From an uncultured Gammaproteobacteria bacterium (GTDB taxonomy: Bacteria > Patescibacteriota > Patescibacteriia > UBA9934): a DNA stretch of 64,000 nt. The position numbers and the translations under genes are program-made. A model generated the notes under the pieces. The model did not search any database. It had not been told where the DNA came from and saw nothing but the letters and a program-made list of their open reading frames with translations. The stretch lies in assembly GCA_964344415.1 (NCBI GenBank), contig CAYFMS010000002.1:192593-256592 (forward strand), in the 5' to 3' direction. Below, piece by piece: positions 31,296-41,428 of this stretch; positions within the stretch are counted from its first letter, which is position 1, and every line of letters begins with the position of its first letter.

Positions 31296-31787
31296 TCATA
31301 ATATATTGATTACAGTGTATTCTGCTTCATTTAGATAGAATATATCACCAATTTTCTTATTCCGCATCTCTTTCCCTAGCGGCGAATGCCAGGAAATAAA
31401 TCCATTAGCTGGATCGGATTCAAGTGAATCTACAATGGTGTACGTTTTCTCACCCGCTGGAGTTTTGATGGTAACAACGGATCCAAGCTGCACAGAATCT
31501 GATCCATCATTTTGAATCTCGATCACATTTTTTAGCCGTTCATTCAGAACAAGTAATCGTGTTTGCATGCCCCGCATTTTTCCTTTTGCGATTTGATAAG
31601 CAGCATTTTCAGATAAATCGCCCATTTCTCTCGTTTCTTGAACAGTGGCAATTACATTTGGCAATTCTACCTTAATTCTGGCAATTTCACGATGTATTTT
31701 CTCGATTCCCTGCTTCGTCAAATAAATAGGTCCGCTTCTTTGCTTTGACCTGCGTAATTCTTCTTTGTGGCGTTTTGGAACTCTCAT
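31296..31787 (-). CDS. Second GreA/GreB-family transcript cleavage factor paralog
   Basis: N-terminal coiled-coil arm (GDLSENAAYQIAKGKMRGMQTRL) and C-terminal FKBP-like domain. The start is set at internal MRVPKRH, which then abuts the mutY stop. Confidence 0.65.
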   Translation of the reverse strand: MRVPKRHKEELRRSKQRSGPIYLTKQGIEKIHREIARIKVELPNVIATVQETREMGDLSENAAYQIAKGKMRGMQTRLLVLNERLKNVIEIQNDGSDSVQLGSVVTIKTPAGEKTYTIVDSLESDPANGFISWHSPLGKEMRNKKIGDIFYLNEAEYTVINIL

Positions 31788-31788
31788 A

Positions 31789-32676
31789 TTAGTCTGGTAA
31801 ATAAAGCATATCATCTTTCACAGTAATCAATCCGTCATTTTCTAATCGATGAATCATGTTATTAAACCAATCTGTGTCTTTTTGGGTAAATGCCTCGTCG
31901 ACAGTCATGGCAATGCGATTTGGGTCGGATTCACCATCACGTACAGCTTTTAGAATTCTCCCGCGGTAAATTCTGTCGGGAAATTGCTTGCCGCTCTGTA
32001 TTCGCTCTGTAGATTGCTTCTTTTTCGGTACCTTGAACCTCCCAGTAACAAATTTCTCCGACGCCTTACAATGATCACGAATTGGGCAATTGGCGCAGGA
32101 GGGTATTTTCAGACAATGACTATTTGCAAGGTCGAATAATGCCTGAGGGATATCATAAAATTCATCTATATCCAGAAGCTCTTTTCGCATTTTCTTTCTC
32201 AGCTTCTTATCTAATTTCTGTCTTGGAAATGTAATACCGTAAAAGACCCTTCCGAGCACTCGACGAATATTTGTATCTATCGGTTCGGCTCTGTGTCTTA
32301 AGCTGAATATAGTAAGCGCCGCTGCTGTATACGGGCCAATGCCTTTCATTTTTAGCCATTCTTCTTCAGAATCAGGCACACCGTTCTCAGCAACCTGTTT
32401 TGCAATTTCATGCAATGCGAGTGCGCGGCGATTATACCCAAGGCCAGCCCAAGCATGCAGTACATCCGATCTAGGAGCCTTTGCGAGTGCATTCCAATCT
32501 GGAAATTGCTTTAGCCATTGATCAAAATATTCAATGACACGCGATACTTGCGTCTGTTGCAACATAATTTCGCTAATCAAAATAAGGTAAGGATCGGTTG
32601 TATTTCTCCAAGGCAAATCCCTACCCTCTTTTTTGTACCAATTGATGAGCTTTTCAGCTGCAGTCATGTTATTCAA
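31789..32676 (-). CDS. A/G-specific adenine DNA glycosylase MutY-like (HhH-GPD + 4Fe-4S), lacking the C-terminal NUDIX-like domain
   Basis: LPWRNTTDPYLILISEIMLQQTQVSRV plus an HhH-GPD motif and a Cys cluster CLKIPSCANCPIRDHC; 295 aa. Confidence 0.75.
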   Translation of the reverse strand: MNNMTAAEKLINWYKKEGRDLPWRNTTDPYLILISEIMLQQTQVSRVIEYFDQWLKQFPDWNALAKAPRSDVLHAWAGLGYNRRALALHEIAKQVAENGVPDSEEEWLKMKGIGPYTAAALTIFSLRHRAEPIDTNIRRVLGRVFYGITFPRQKLDKKLRKKMRKELLDIDEFYDIPQALFDLANSHCLKIPSCANCPIRDHCKASEKFVTGRFKVPKKKQSTERIQSGKQFPDRIYRGRILKAVRDGESDPNRIAMTVDEAFTQKDTDWFNNMIHRLENDGLITVKDDMLYLPD

Positions 32677-32983
32677 TCACCACGGCAGTACCAAATGCAA
32701 CAATTTCCGAAATTCCAGCTGAGATTGACGATGTTGCAATACGCAGCCCGATAACAGCATTCGCTCCTTGTTCTTTGGCAGCAGATTCCATGCGGTCAAT
32801 GGCTTGCTTTCGTGTGTCCTCCATTAATTTTGTATACCCTTTGATCTCGCCGCCAACAAGGCTTTTGAGGCCTGCCCCAATGTCGCTACCAATATGCCGA
32901 GCTCGTGTAGCGCTACCTTCGACAAAACCAATGGTTTTCGTGATTTTTTTATCTGAAAGTTGATCCGTTGTTGTAATTAACAT
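32669..32983 (-). CDS. ybjQ: YbjQ/UPF0145 (DUF74) family protein
   Basis: 104-aa protein with the characteristic GxxGGEI...AVIGL pattern. Confidence 0.75.
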   Translation of the reverse strand: MLITTTDQLSDKKITKTIGFVEGSATRARHIGSDIGAGLKSLVGGEIKGYTKLMEDTRKQAIDRMESAAKEQGANAVIGLRIATSSISAGISEIVAFGTAVVIE

Positions 32984-33011
32984 ATATTTTATTTAACTCA
33001 TTTTTACCATT

Positions 33012-33677
33012 ATGCTTACAAATGCTCAAGAAAAACTCATTCGTAGTCTCCATAAAAAGAAATATCGTAAACATCTCGGCTTATGTCTGGTTGAAGGTCA
33101 GAAATTTGTGGATGAAGCAAAAGAATATCTTGATCTCACTTTTACAGATGAAGATACGAAGCATTTTGAAAAGCTCATGACAACGGAAACGCCTCAGACA
33201 ATTGCTGGTATTGCGAGGATACCAAAGTGGACAACATCTGATATTAAGGAATGCGACCAAATTATTATTCTCGACGGCCTACAAGATCCGGGAAATGTCG
33301 GCACAATTATTCGAGGCGCTCTCGCATTTAATACGGGGATTATTCTCATTGAGTCTGCAGACCCGACATCACCCAAGGTTATCCGTTCCTCTGCTGGGTC
33401 AATATTTCATATTCCATGGATTGAGGTCGGTAGAGATATAGCGGGTGACGTTATTAGGGAGTTACAAAGGCCCATTCTGAGGCTTGAAAAAACCGAAAAC
33501 AGTCACTCACTTTCAGCCATCAAAAACGATAAATACGCGATTATCATTGGTTCCGAGGGATCCGGTATTCAGCTGCAAGTAGATGGACAATCTGTCATGA
33601 TTGAACATAATCCAAAACTAGAGTCATTGAATGCGGCCATGGCTGCAACAATTGCCCTCTATCACCTGTCCGGTTAA
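33012..33677 (+). CDS. SpoU/TrmH-family RNA 2'-O-methyltransferase (SPOUT)
   Basis: IIILDGLQDPGNVGTIIRGALAFNTGIILIE and the C-terminal LNAAMAATIALY are SPOUT motifs. Confidence 0.8.
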   Translation: MLTNAQEKLIRSLHKKKYRKHLGLCLVEGQKFVDEAKEYLDLTFTDEDTKHFEKLMTTETPQTIAGIARIPKWTTSDIKECDQIIILDGLQDPGNVGTIIRGALAFNTGIILIESADPTSPKVIRSSAGSIFHIPWIEVGRDIAGDVIRELQRPILRLEKTENSHSLSAIKNDKYAIIIGSEGSGIQLQVDGQSVMIEHNPKLESLNAAMAATIALYHLSG

Positions 33678-33752
33678 TAAAATAATCCTAAAATAAAACT
33701 CTGCACGTTTTGGTCTGTTCGACCGAAAATATGCAGAGTTTTTTGTATGTGT

Positions 33753-34157
33753 TTATCCAAGTGGGATAAAACCAAATCCGCCCAATGTGAGAATGACACC
33801 GACCACAAACCAAATGAGCGCAGAAAAATGCAGAAGATTCAAGCTCATAAACTTCTTTAACACCCCCACTCCCCAAGACGGAAGAAGGAAAATCATAATA
33901 CCTTTCAAAACTCCAAGCCAACCAAATACAGTGATAATTATCGACCAATCCGCTCGCCAAACATTATGCATTAGAACAATAATAAGTCCTACGAGGAGCG
34001 CAATTGTTCCAGCGAGGAGCATACTGAGATGATTATCTTCAATTTCTCCTACTAAGTTTTCCCAGCGATATTTATTAACCGCAAGCGCGAGCGCGCCCAT
34101 AATCATGAAAATACCGAGTATTTTTGCGAGGAATAATGTCAAAGCTATGTCAGCCAT
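33753..34157 (-). CDS. Hypothetical membrane protein (134 aa)
   Basis: Four hydrophobic helices. Confidence 0.35.
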   Translation of the reverse strand: MADIALTLFLAKILGIFMIMGALALAVNKYRWENLVGEIEDNHLSMLLAGTIALLVGLIIVLMHNVWRADWSIIITVFGWLGVLKGIMIFLLPSWGVGVLKKFMSLNLLHFSALIWFVVGVILTLGGFGFIPLG

Positions 34158-34386
34158 ATTGTTTCTTTAAATATTGAATAATGTCTTCGCTTTCATACAT
34201 TTGTCTATTTGTAGAGTCATCAATAAGAAATGGTACTTGATGTTTGCCGCCAATGCTGAGCAACTCCCGACGCTCAGGAGTCCCTCGCGGTGCAATCTTT
34301 GATGTCCATTCAATGCCAAGCTCGCCAAGAACGCTCCTTACTTTTTCACAATACGGACAATGCATTGTGTGATAGAGCGTGATCAT
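34150..34386 (-). CDS. Glutaredoxin (CPYC active site)
   Basis: 78 aa with TMHCPYCEKV, a glutaredoxin fold. Confidence 0.7.
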   Translation of the reverse strand: MITLYHTMHCPYCEKVRSVLGELGIEWTSKIAPRGTPERRELLSIGGKHQVPFLIDDSTNRQMYESEDIIQYLKKQYG

Positions 34387-34388
34387 AA

Positions 34389-34808
34389 CTATTTATTCCG
34401 TTCAACGGATGCAAAGATTCCGAAGAGAAGGATAGCGTACAGAATTCCCGCCCAAAGAAGATAGTCCGAGAAATAAAGTGCATAATCCTTCACAAACAAA
34501 GGAATGGTAATGATGATGTCAAGAAGAACACCGGTCAATACAATAACCGCCCCTGCCTTAATTCCGTCTTCAAACTTCCCTTTTTTGACGGATTTGAAGT
34601 ACATATTTGTTAATACCCAAACAAGCACCGTTAATACAATGAAGTGAGCGGTATATCCCCATGCATTCAATTCAAACCCAGCATCTGACATTGTCGCAAG
34701 CGCTGGCGTGAATCCAATAATGGACATGGAAACAAAAATAATAAGCCACATAAGAACCCCGTACCCTAATTGTTTTTTGATATTTTTCATATGCTTTAAG
34801 TATAACAA
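34389..34808 (-). CDS. Hypothetical membrane protein (139 aa)
   Basis: Four TM helices; forms an operon with the glutaredoxin and membrane protein downstream. Confidence 0.35.
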   Translation of the reverse strand: MLYLKHMKNIKKQLGYGVLMWLIIFVSMSIIGFTPALATMSDAGFELNAWGYTAHFIVLTVLVWVLTNMYFKSVKKGKFEDGIKAGAVIVLTGVLLDIIITIPLFVKDYALYFSDYLLWAGILYAILLFGIFASVERNK

Positions 34809-34832
34809 AACCTCCCGGGTGGGAGGCCTTAT

Positions 34833-35348
34833 TTATTCACTTTTTAAGTATTCAATCATCGTATCAACATCACTCACCTCGAATGGATCTTCTTCATGAT
34901 TGTCTTCTTTTCCATCTTCAATGAACATCTTTTCAACTATTCCATCCTTCACAACCATGCTATATCGCCAGCTGCGATCACCGAATCCCAAATTTCGCTT
35001 TTTCACGAGCATATCCATCCCTTCAGTAAATTCAGCATTTCCATCGGGAATCATTTTTACATTTCGTACATTTTGATCTTTAGCCCATGCATTCATAACG
35101 AATGTATCATTCACGCTCAGGCAGTAAATCTCATCAATGCCAAGTTCTTTTAATTCATTCGCTTTCACTTCATACCCAGGAAGATGCGTTGATGAACATG
35201 TTGGTGTAAAAGCTCCGGGAAGTGCAAAAAGCACAACACGTTTTTCATTGAAGAGCTCATCCGTTGTCACTTCACGCCATTCATATTCATTCTTGTCATT
35301 AAGCGCACGTGTTTGAAAGGTTGCATGTGGTATATGTTGATTTTCCAT
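34833..35348 (-). CDS. Peroxiredoxin, Prx5-like/redoxin subfamily
   Basis: [17 protein letters not shown] contains the peroxidatic Cys in a Prx5-type context; 171 aa. Confidence 0.8.
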   Translation of the reverse strand: MENQHIPHATFQTRALNDKNEYEWREVTTDELFNEKRVVLFALPGAFTPTCSSTHLPGYEVKANELKELGIDEIYCLSVNDTFVMNAWAKDQNVRNVKMIPDGNAEFTEGMDMLVKKRNLGFGDRSWRYSMVVKDGIVEKMFIEDGKEDNHEEDPFEVSDVDTMIEYLKSE

Positions 35349-35407
35349 ATCTGTTTTACTTATTTATGCGGCAAGTTTATCAGATTTTGCTACTCATGTC
35401 AGTGATC

Positions 35408-36499
35408 CTATTTTTTTTCTTGAATAAATTCGACTTCCCCTTCTGGCATCTCGATTTTAAAATAGATTCTTCCCAAAACCTGACCTCTTTTTGTTTGAAC
35501 ATCAACTCTCCAGCGCCCCGGCTCAACAGCTGATTTAACGGAAAATCCGCGATAGCCGTCTTCGCGTCCTCCGGTGATCGGAAATGAGATTTTGTCCCGC
35601 GACACCCAGCTATTCTCGTCTGGATCATGGAATTGCCATTCATGAACAATTGTTGTCATAAGCTCTGCCGGTGCAAAGATAGAAGACCAGACATAAACAG
35701 GATCACCCTGATCAATATGAATCACCTCACCGGGAGTTATTTTCTCAATGAATGTTTGCGTTTCACTTATAAGTTCATATTGCGACCCAGCTCTTTGAAT
35801 AGAGTGAAAAACGCCTGCTTCTCTTATCGAAAGAGGTATTGGTGGGATGATATTCAAAAAATACAGAATATGCATGACTGAATATACAAGAATGGTGAGT
35901 CTCGTAATATCTTTCTTCTTTTCTTGGATGGGGCGAATAAGAAGTCCTAATAATGCAATGTAAACCTGCATGATGGCAAAGCTTGCAATTCCGGCCAGTA
36001 AGAATACCCAAATAGCAAGAGAATTGAATGCATAAGGGAGTGTCAGTATCAAAAATGAGAATAAAACAAAATAATACATCGTTAATTGCACACTTGGACG
36101 AAGCAATTTCTCTCGAAAGACATCATTACTCACCATGAGAAATGTCAGGAAGAGAATAATTGGCCAGCTGGCAGAAATAGATCCACTAAACCAATAGAAA
36201 ATAAACGATGCACTGAGAAGAGCTCCGAATGTAAATTGGACGATAAGCGGCGAAATGAGCCGTGCATATCCGAGCAATGATTTACGAACAGCATTATGAC
36301 GCTCATCATGATAATGAATAATCGCAATGGCCAGAGATCCGATAATAAGATAGGTGCCGAGTATAAGAAATGCTGTCTGAATCTCTATTGTTTTAAATGT
36401 GATGAAGTCAACAATCAGACCCGAAATCAACATGGCCGGCAAAAGAAAACGCTCATGCTTTTTAAATCGCTGCTTTAATCTCGTAAATGAATGACGCAT
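35408..36499 (-). CDS. Hypothetical polytopic membrane protein with C-terminal extracytoplasmic domain
   Basis: About 7 TM helices followed by a ~130-aa soluble domain; no family recognised. Confidence 0.35.
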   Translation of the reverse strand: MRHSFTRLKQRFKKHERFLLPAMLISGLIVDFITFKTIEIQTAFLILGTYLIIGSLAIAIIHYHDERHNAVRKSLLGYARLISPLIVQFTFGALLSASFIFYWFSGSISASWPIILFLTFLMVSNDVFREKLLRPSVQLTMYYFVLFSFLILTLPYAFNSLAIWVFLLAGIASFAIMQVYIALLGLLIRPIQEKKKDITRLTILVYSVMHILYFLNIIPPIPLSIREAGVFHSIQRAGSQYELISETQTFIEKITPGEVIHIDQGDPVYVWSSIFAPAELMTTIVHEWQFHDPDENSWVSRDKISFPITGGREDGYRGFSVKSAVEPGRWRVDVQTKRGQVLGRIYFKIEMPEGEVEFIQEKK

Positions 36500-36502
36500 A
36501 TG

Positions 36503-37189
36503 CTAATTCATTACACAAAACTCATCGAAATTGTCTTTTTCGAATTCGGTAAATTTTGAATAGAAGAAATCACGCTTTTCATCGTCAAAGACATCAAATG
36601 GACAGACGGCGGTTGTATAAACGGTCGAGTTATTCCAATCTTCATTATCAACAAATTGATTCTCATGATCGTCGAGATAAACACCAAAATCCCAAATACC
36701 ATAAATCGTTCCCGTCGTATAACCAATCAAATCACCGGCTTGAAATTCAATACTCTGTTCCGCAGGGACGGTATGTGACGTTTTTGATGCTATCTGATTT
36801 AATTGATCTATTATGATTTGTAGAGGCTCGGTCACATGATCGAAGCGATAAGAGTAACCACAATCAGTATCAAAATCGAGCATATATTCACCCTCTTCCG
36901 TCAATTCAGAGTAAAAGATGCCTGATGTGAGTACGGAGTCAGCCGGAGCATAAACCGGTACGCGCTTCAGTCTTGTATCGAAATATCCATGCGTTTTTAA
37001 ATGGCCCTGAATAAGTGAAGGTGGAGGAATAACAGCCTCGATAGCATCTGTATCCGTTGGATAATGTGTAAAGATTAATTCATTTCCACATTCGCGAAGC
37101 ATTCTTTGTTCCTGCGCATCGTAAAAACCGAGATAGATCAGAGCCACTATCCCGGTTATCATGAATAAAATGATCAATCCCTTTCGCAC
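36503..37189 (-). CDS. Hypothetical secreted/membrane-anchored protein (228 aa)
   Basis: N-terminal signal-anchor; no family recognised. Confidence 0.35.
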   Translation of the reverse strand: MRKGLIILFMITGIVALIYLGFYDAQEQRMLRECGNELIFTHYPTDTDAIEAVIPPPSLIQGHLKTHGYFDTRLKRVPVYAPADSVLTSGIFYSELTEEGEYMLDFDTDCGYSYRFDHVTEPLQIIIDQLNQIASKTSHTVPAEQSIEFQAGDLIGYTTGTIYGIWDFGVYLDDHENQFVDNEDWNNSTVYTTAVCPFDVFDDEKRDFFYSKFTEFEKDNFDEFCVMN

Positions 37190-37190
37190 A

Positions 37191-38603
37191 TTAATAGCTG
37201 AAGTAGAAATTCAATGCACAGGTATCCCCATTATTGTCCGTATGATACGACTTTAGATTCAGGTTTGGGCATGATCCTCTCCATGATGGAATGACTTCAT
37301 ATAGACTCGAAGCATAGCTCGCGAGTGCTGCGTCCGCCTGCTTGCATGAAGTTGGGCCAACATACCAAAGGACTAAATTACTTGCTACCGATGCTAAGCT
37401 CGGTTCAAGTGTTCCGGTTGCCCAATCAATTGCTCCGTCGATCGCAGCTAAACAATTTTCGGGCTCCGAGCTTGTATCGCTCGACATATCTTCTGACGAG
37501 TCACTTGAATCGCTTGTGTCTGCAGAATCGGATGAATCACTACTATCTGATGAGTCGGACGTATCAGAAGTATCCGAGGATGTGTCGTCCGAAGATGATG
37601 AATCATCCGAACTAGTATCTTCACTTCCACCATCATCACTCGATCCAGAAGTTTCTTCCGTGCCATCATCACCTGAATCACTTTCGCTACTGTCATCCGA
37701 ATCGGACTCCGATGAAGATCCTGATGTTCCTTCGTCTCCACCAGATGTGTCAGTTTCATCCGATCCCGAATCAGAACTCTCCTCCTCTACCGATTCTGGC
37801 TGCTCAACAATATCTGCCGGGTCATCTCCAGGAATAAGTGTAGGCGGCGGCGTTTCCTCATCAGTTGGATCTCCGCTTGGCACAGAGATCAATGCTGTCT
37901 CATCTTCAACACAAACAACATCGAGTGGTGTCTTGGTAATTCGATATGTGATAGAGCCATTCGTTACCTCTTCGATCTCCAAATCACCGTCATACGTCTC
38001 ATCCGCAGGGTCGCATGGAGTATCAATGATATGTCGCATTGATCCTAGGTGATCAGACTCCTCAATCAAATTTACATATGCTTGGTATTCCGCTTCCTCG
38101 TCGGACAATCCTTGATTCAGTAATTCTTCGATAAGCAGATTCAGTAAGTCACCAATAACCGTGATCGTGAGTCCTGTTGTTCCTCCTGTTAAGTATGATT
38201 CAAGATAGTCAAATCCCTTCTCAACCAATTTTCCAAGGAACGTCTTAATCGGAATATGGTCATAAACGGCGATATCGATATCGAATTCCTCATCACAATG
38301 ACATGTGTCATGACTATAGATTTCATATTCTGGATCAAATTCCAGTGTTTCACCGGATGAGATTTCGAGCGTACCATCTGTAATGTATGACTGCTCATCA
38401 TGCGGAGGATCTAAGGCGTCAACAATGGTGTCGAAGAATATATCTGCCCCACCGAAAAAATTATGGTCATCGTCTATAGTGACACTTTTAATAAAGACTT
38501 GCTGACGGTACATTGTCTCCGTCTTAATTGGTTCAGGATGAGCAAAAGCCGAAGCCGGCAAAAGCAAGACACTCATCAGAAGAATTGAAATCCCCCATTT
38601 CAT
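37191..38603 (-). CDS. Secreted acidic protein with long Ser/Asp/Glu-rich low-complexity tract
   Basis: Signal peptide, then a globular N-terminal half and a C-proximal ~120-aa tract of SDSSDSSDS/TSD repeats, then a Cys-containing C-terminal domain. Confidence 0.5.
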   Translation of the reverse strand: MKWGISILLMSVLLLPASAFAHPEPIKTETMYRQQVFIKSVTIDDDHNFFGGADIFFDTIVDALDPPHDEQSYITDGTLEISSGETLEFDPEYEIYSHDTCHCDEEFDIDIAVYDHIPIKTFLGKLVEKGFDYLESYLTGGTTGLTITVIGDLLNLLIEELLNQGLSDEEAEYQAYVNLIEESDHLGSMRHIIDTPCDPADETYDGDLEIEEVTNGSITYRITKTPLDVVCVEDETALISVPSGDPTDEETPPPTLIPGDDPADIVEQPESVEEESSDSGSDETDTSGGDEGTSGSSSESDSDDSSESDSGDDGTEETSGSSDDGGSEDTSSDDSSSSDDTSSDTSDTSDSSDSSDSSDSADTSDSSDSSEDMSSDTSSEPENCLAAIDGAIDWATGTLEPSLASVASNLVLWYVGPTSCKQADAALASYASSLYEVIPSWRGSCPNLNLKSYHTDNNGDTCALNFYFSY

Positions 38604-38704
38604 AGTTTCGGATTAAATTTGATATTAGTTCAAGTATACATCCGAAATCCGATCTACTTATCCACATCCGAGATCCGATCTCAAATCGGATCTCGGAGGG
38701 AATG

Positions 38705-38732
38705 AATTAAAAAAGAGCTCGGTTGAGCTCTC
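38705..38732 (-). terminator. Intrinsic terminator of the sulfotransferase gene
   Basis: On the minus strand, hairpin GAGCTC-AACC-GAGCTC followed by TTTTTTAATT. Confidence 0.6.
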
Positions 38733-38751
38733 ACGATCTGGTACGCTATCC

Positions 38752-39978
38752 TTACTCTGTTGGGATATTGTACCTCTTCATATACCACTGGAACATCGAC
38801 CGAATCCTGTCTTCATCGAGATCGAATGTTGTGGCATTGTATTTATGTGCACCACGTTTGTCCTTGCGGCCTTCCATCTCAGACTGCTTTTCGCGAATAC
38901 AGTCAGACCCCTTCAGGCCGATTTTTCCGTAGAGTTTCAGCGTTACAAAGAATTGTCTATCCTTGAAATCGCTGAAACGAATCATATGAAGTCGATTCAG
39001 AGATTCGGATTTTGACTCGAACTCCATAGCAGACTCGACAGCACCCATGAATCTCGCGAGGATATATGGCCCAATATTCTTGGGTTTCGCATCGCCAAAC
39101 ATCGACCGTCGCAACAGTGATGTAAGCGAGCTATATGACGGAATCACCTTTGCCGGGTCGCGATGCGTCCAAACAACGTGTGCATCTGGAAAGACCTCGA
39201 AGATCTCTTCCAAAAAACACAGATGATCTGGGCATTTCACGACGAGTCGTTTTGCATCTGGATTCTGGTGCAGGAGGATTTGATAGTTGAGCTTCAGTTC
39301 CTCGTATGCCCAGGTCTGATCCGTTTCCATAAGCCAATCACCAAACTCTGGTACCTCGAATTGCCAATCCTGATTCATGACGGCGAATTGCTGAGCCATC
39401 AAATGCCAGTCCTCTTCAAAGCTGTCCCAACGAACCTCGTGAATGTCCGACTGCTCAGGTGCGAGCGCATATGCGAGTCGCAGCACCATCCATGTACGAG
39501 CTTTGCGCCATAATCGGTCAAAGCGCCTCGGCCAATACGTCGGGAATGGATTTAAGAGCTCCCAGAATCGCGGTGCATACATGTCGGGATGAGCCGCAAT
39601 CAAGTTCTGAAGCGCCGTCGTCCCCGTGCGAGGGAATCCGACGATGAAGACGGGCGCGTCGATGCTGATCTCACGCACCTCGGGATACTTAGCGGCATAC
39701 TCCTCACGCATCTTCCGATTCTTCATCGCTTTGCGTGTGGAGATGTGAACCAAGACTCTACCGAGATTTGTGAGCGGTCGACCAGAAATCTGATCGAGCA
39801 ACTTATCCATCGCGTATACGTACGGATCTCCACGCGAGTGAAAACCGAAACGATCACGAAAATACGACGGCTCGAGAATCGTGAACCAGAAATTCCAGCG
39901 CACGAAAAAACCGAGAACCCAGTCAACAAATCTTTCAATACGCCCGTAGCGCATCGACTCTACTGTTTGCGTTTTCAT
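38752..39978 (-). CDS. Sulfotransferase-family protein (PAPS-dependent)
   Basis: 5'-PSB loop FIVGFPRTGTTALQNLIA and a sulfotransferase-domain layout; 408 aa. Confidence 0.7.
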   Translation of the reverse strand: MKTQTVESMRYGRIERFVDWVLGFFVRWNFWFTILEPSYFRDRFGFHSRGDPYVYAMDKLLDQISGRPLTNLGRVLVHISTRKAMKNRKMREEYAAKYPEVREISIDAPVFIVGFPRTGTTALQNLIAAHPDMYAPRFWELLNPFPTYWPRRFDRLWRKARTWMVLRLAYALAPEQSDIHEVRWDSFEEDWHLMAQQFAVMNQDWQFEVPEFGDWLMETDQTWAYEELKLNYQILLHQNPDAKRLVVKCPDHLCFLEEIFEVFPDAHVVWTHRDPAKVIPSYSSLTSLLRRSMFGDAKPKNIGPYILARFMGAVESAMEFESKSESLNRLHMIRFSDFKDRQFFVTLKLYGKIGLKGSDCIREKQSEMEGRKDKRGAHKYNATTFDLDEDRIRSMFQWYMKRYNIPTE

Positions 39979-40077
39979 GAAAAACTCCTTGCGAATGTGC
40001 GCGTGAAAGCTAACAATTTAAAGACAAATCGTCAATATTTCGCCAACCATTGACAAAATCACGAAATTCGGCTATGC

Positions 40078-41418
40078 TTGGCACTTATGCCACGAAATGA
40101 GTTGAAAGATAGAAATTTCAAAGGTCTGGGTATTCACCCGGACCTTTTTGAGCGTTTAAACGAATTGGGATTCGAGCATCCAACCCCTATTCAGTATCAG
40201 GCGATTCCGCTTGCAAATACTGGACAGGACGTGATTGGAGTTGCGCAAACTGGGTCTGGAAAGACACTTGCATTTACCATGCCTCTTTTGCAGAATCTTA
40301 TCGAAACAGGTTCAACCGGTCTTGTACTTTTGCCTACGCGAGAGCTTGCCATTCAGGTTGAAGAAACGATTAGAAAAATTGCCGGTGCAAGTAATTTGCG
40401 TACAGCAATTTTGATTGGAGGTGCAAACCCTCACCCACAAATCAAGCAATTGAAGAAAAAACCACATATTATTGTTGCGACTCCAGGAAGGCTGATCGAT
40501 ATGGTTGAGCAGCGTCATGCGAATCTTTCGCGCGTTGGCGTTCTTGTCCTTGACGAGGCGGATCGTATGCTTGATATGGGATTCGCACCGCAATTGAATC
40601 GCATTCTTGAATTCATGCCAGAAAAACGGCAGACAATGCTATTTTCTGCGACGATGTCACCAGAGATTTCAAAGATTGCTGAAAAGTACCTACATAACCC
40701 AAAACGTGTAGAGGTTGCAAAACAAGGGACAACAGCCGCAAAAATTGATCAAGAGTTTTTCATTGTTTCAAAATCCGACAAGCCGGAGCTTCTGAAGCGA
40801 CTTCTTGAGGAATACTCAGGATCAGTAATTGTATTCAGCAGAACAAAGCATGGAGCAAAAAAACTGGCATCAATGCTTCGAAAAATGAGGTATACAGCGG
40901 ATGAAATTCATTCGAATCGTTCGCAGAATCAAAGACAAAAGGCACTTACCGGATTCGCTTCTGGGAAATATCGAGTTCTTGTGGCGACGGATATTGCCGC
41001 ACGAGGAATTGACGTAGAAGATATTGCACTCGTCATTAATTACGATTTGCCAGATCAACATGAGGATTATGTTCACCGAATTGGACGTACCGGGCGTGCA
41101 GGAAAATCAGGAAAGGCCATTTCATTTGCCACACCTGATCAAAAACGAGATATTGCACAAATTCAGAGACTTATTAAAAAGTCGGTTCCGATTTATGCAC
41201 TCGATGGAAAACTCCTACCAGACATCGCTCCTTCTGACCGATCTAAAAAGACAAGAAAAGAACGCGGGCAAAGAGGTGGTCGAAGACGATTCGGAGACCA
41301 TAAGCCTCGCAGCAGACGGTCTGGAAAATTTGGAAAGAGAAAGTCGAATTCATCTGGTTATCAAAAGAATGATTCCCGTGGACCTCGCAAACAATCAAGA
41401 AATCACAAAAGAAAATAG
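40078..41418 (+). CDS. DEAD-box ATP-dependent RNA helicase with basic RG-rich C-terminal tail
   Basis: Q-motif, Walker A AQTGSGKT, DEAD (VLDEADRM), SAT and HRIGRTGRAG. The tracked start is TTG; an ATG lies three codons in. Confidence 0.9.
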   Translation: MALMPRNELKDRNFKGLGIHPDLFERLNELGFEHPTPIQYQAIPLANTGQDVIGVAQTGSGKTLAFTMPLLQNLIETGSTGLVLLPTRELAIQVEETIRKIAGASNLRTAILIGGANPHPQIKQLKKKPHIIVATPGRLIDMVEQRHANLSRVGVLVLDEADRMLDMGFAPQLNRILEFMPEKRQTMLFSATMSPEISKIAEKYLHNPKRVEVAKQGTTAAKIDQEFFIVSKSDKPELLKRLLEEYSGSVIVFSRTKHGAKKLASMLRKMRYTADEIHSNRSQNQRQKALTGFASGKYRVLVATDIAARGIDVEDIALVINYDLPDQHEDYVHRIGRTGRAGKSGKAISFATPDQKRDIAQIQRLIKKSVPIYALDGKLLPDIAPSDRSKKTRKERGQRGGRRRFGDHKPRSRRSGKFGKRKSNSSGYQKNDSRGPRKQSRNHKRK

Positions 41419-41428
41419 GCCTAATAGC

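Noticed and set aside
39589-40053. 154-aa plus-strand ORF
   Set aside because: It is antisense within the well-supported sulfotransferase gene and its upstream region; no motifs.
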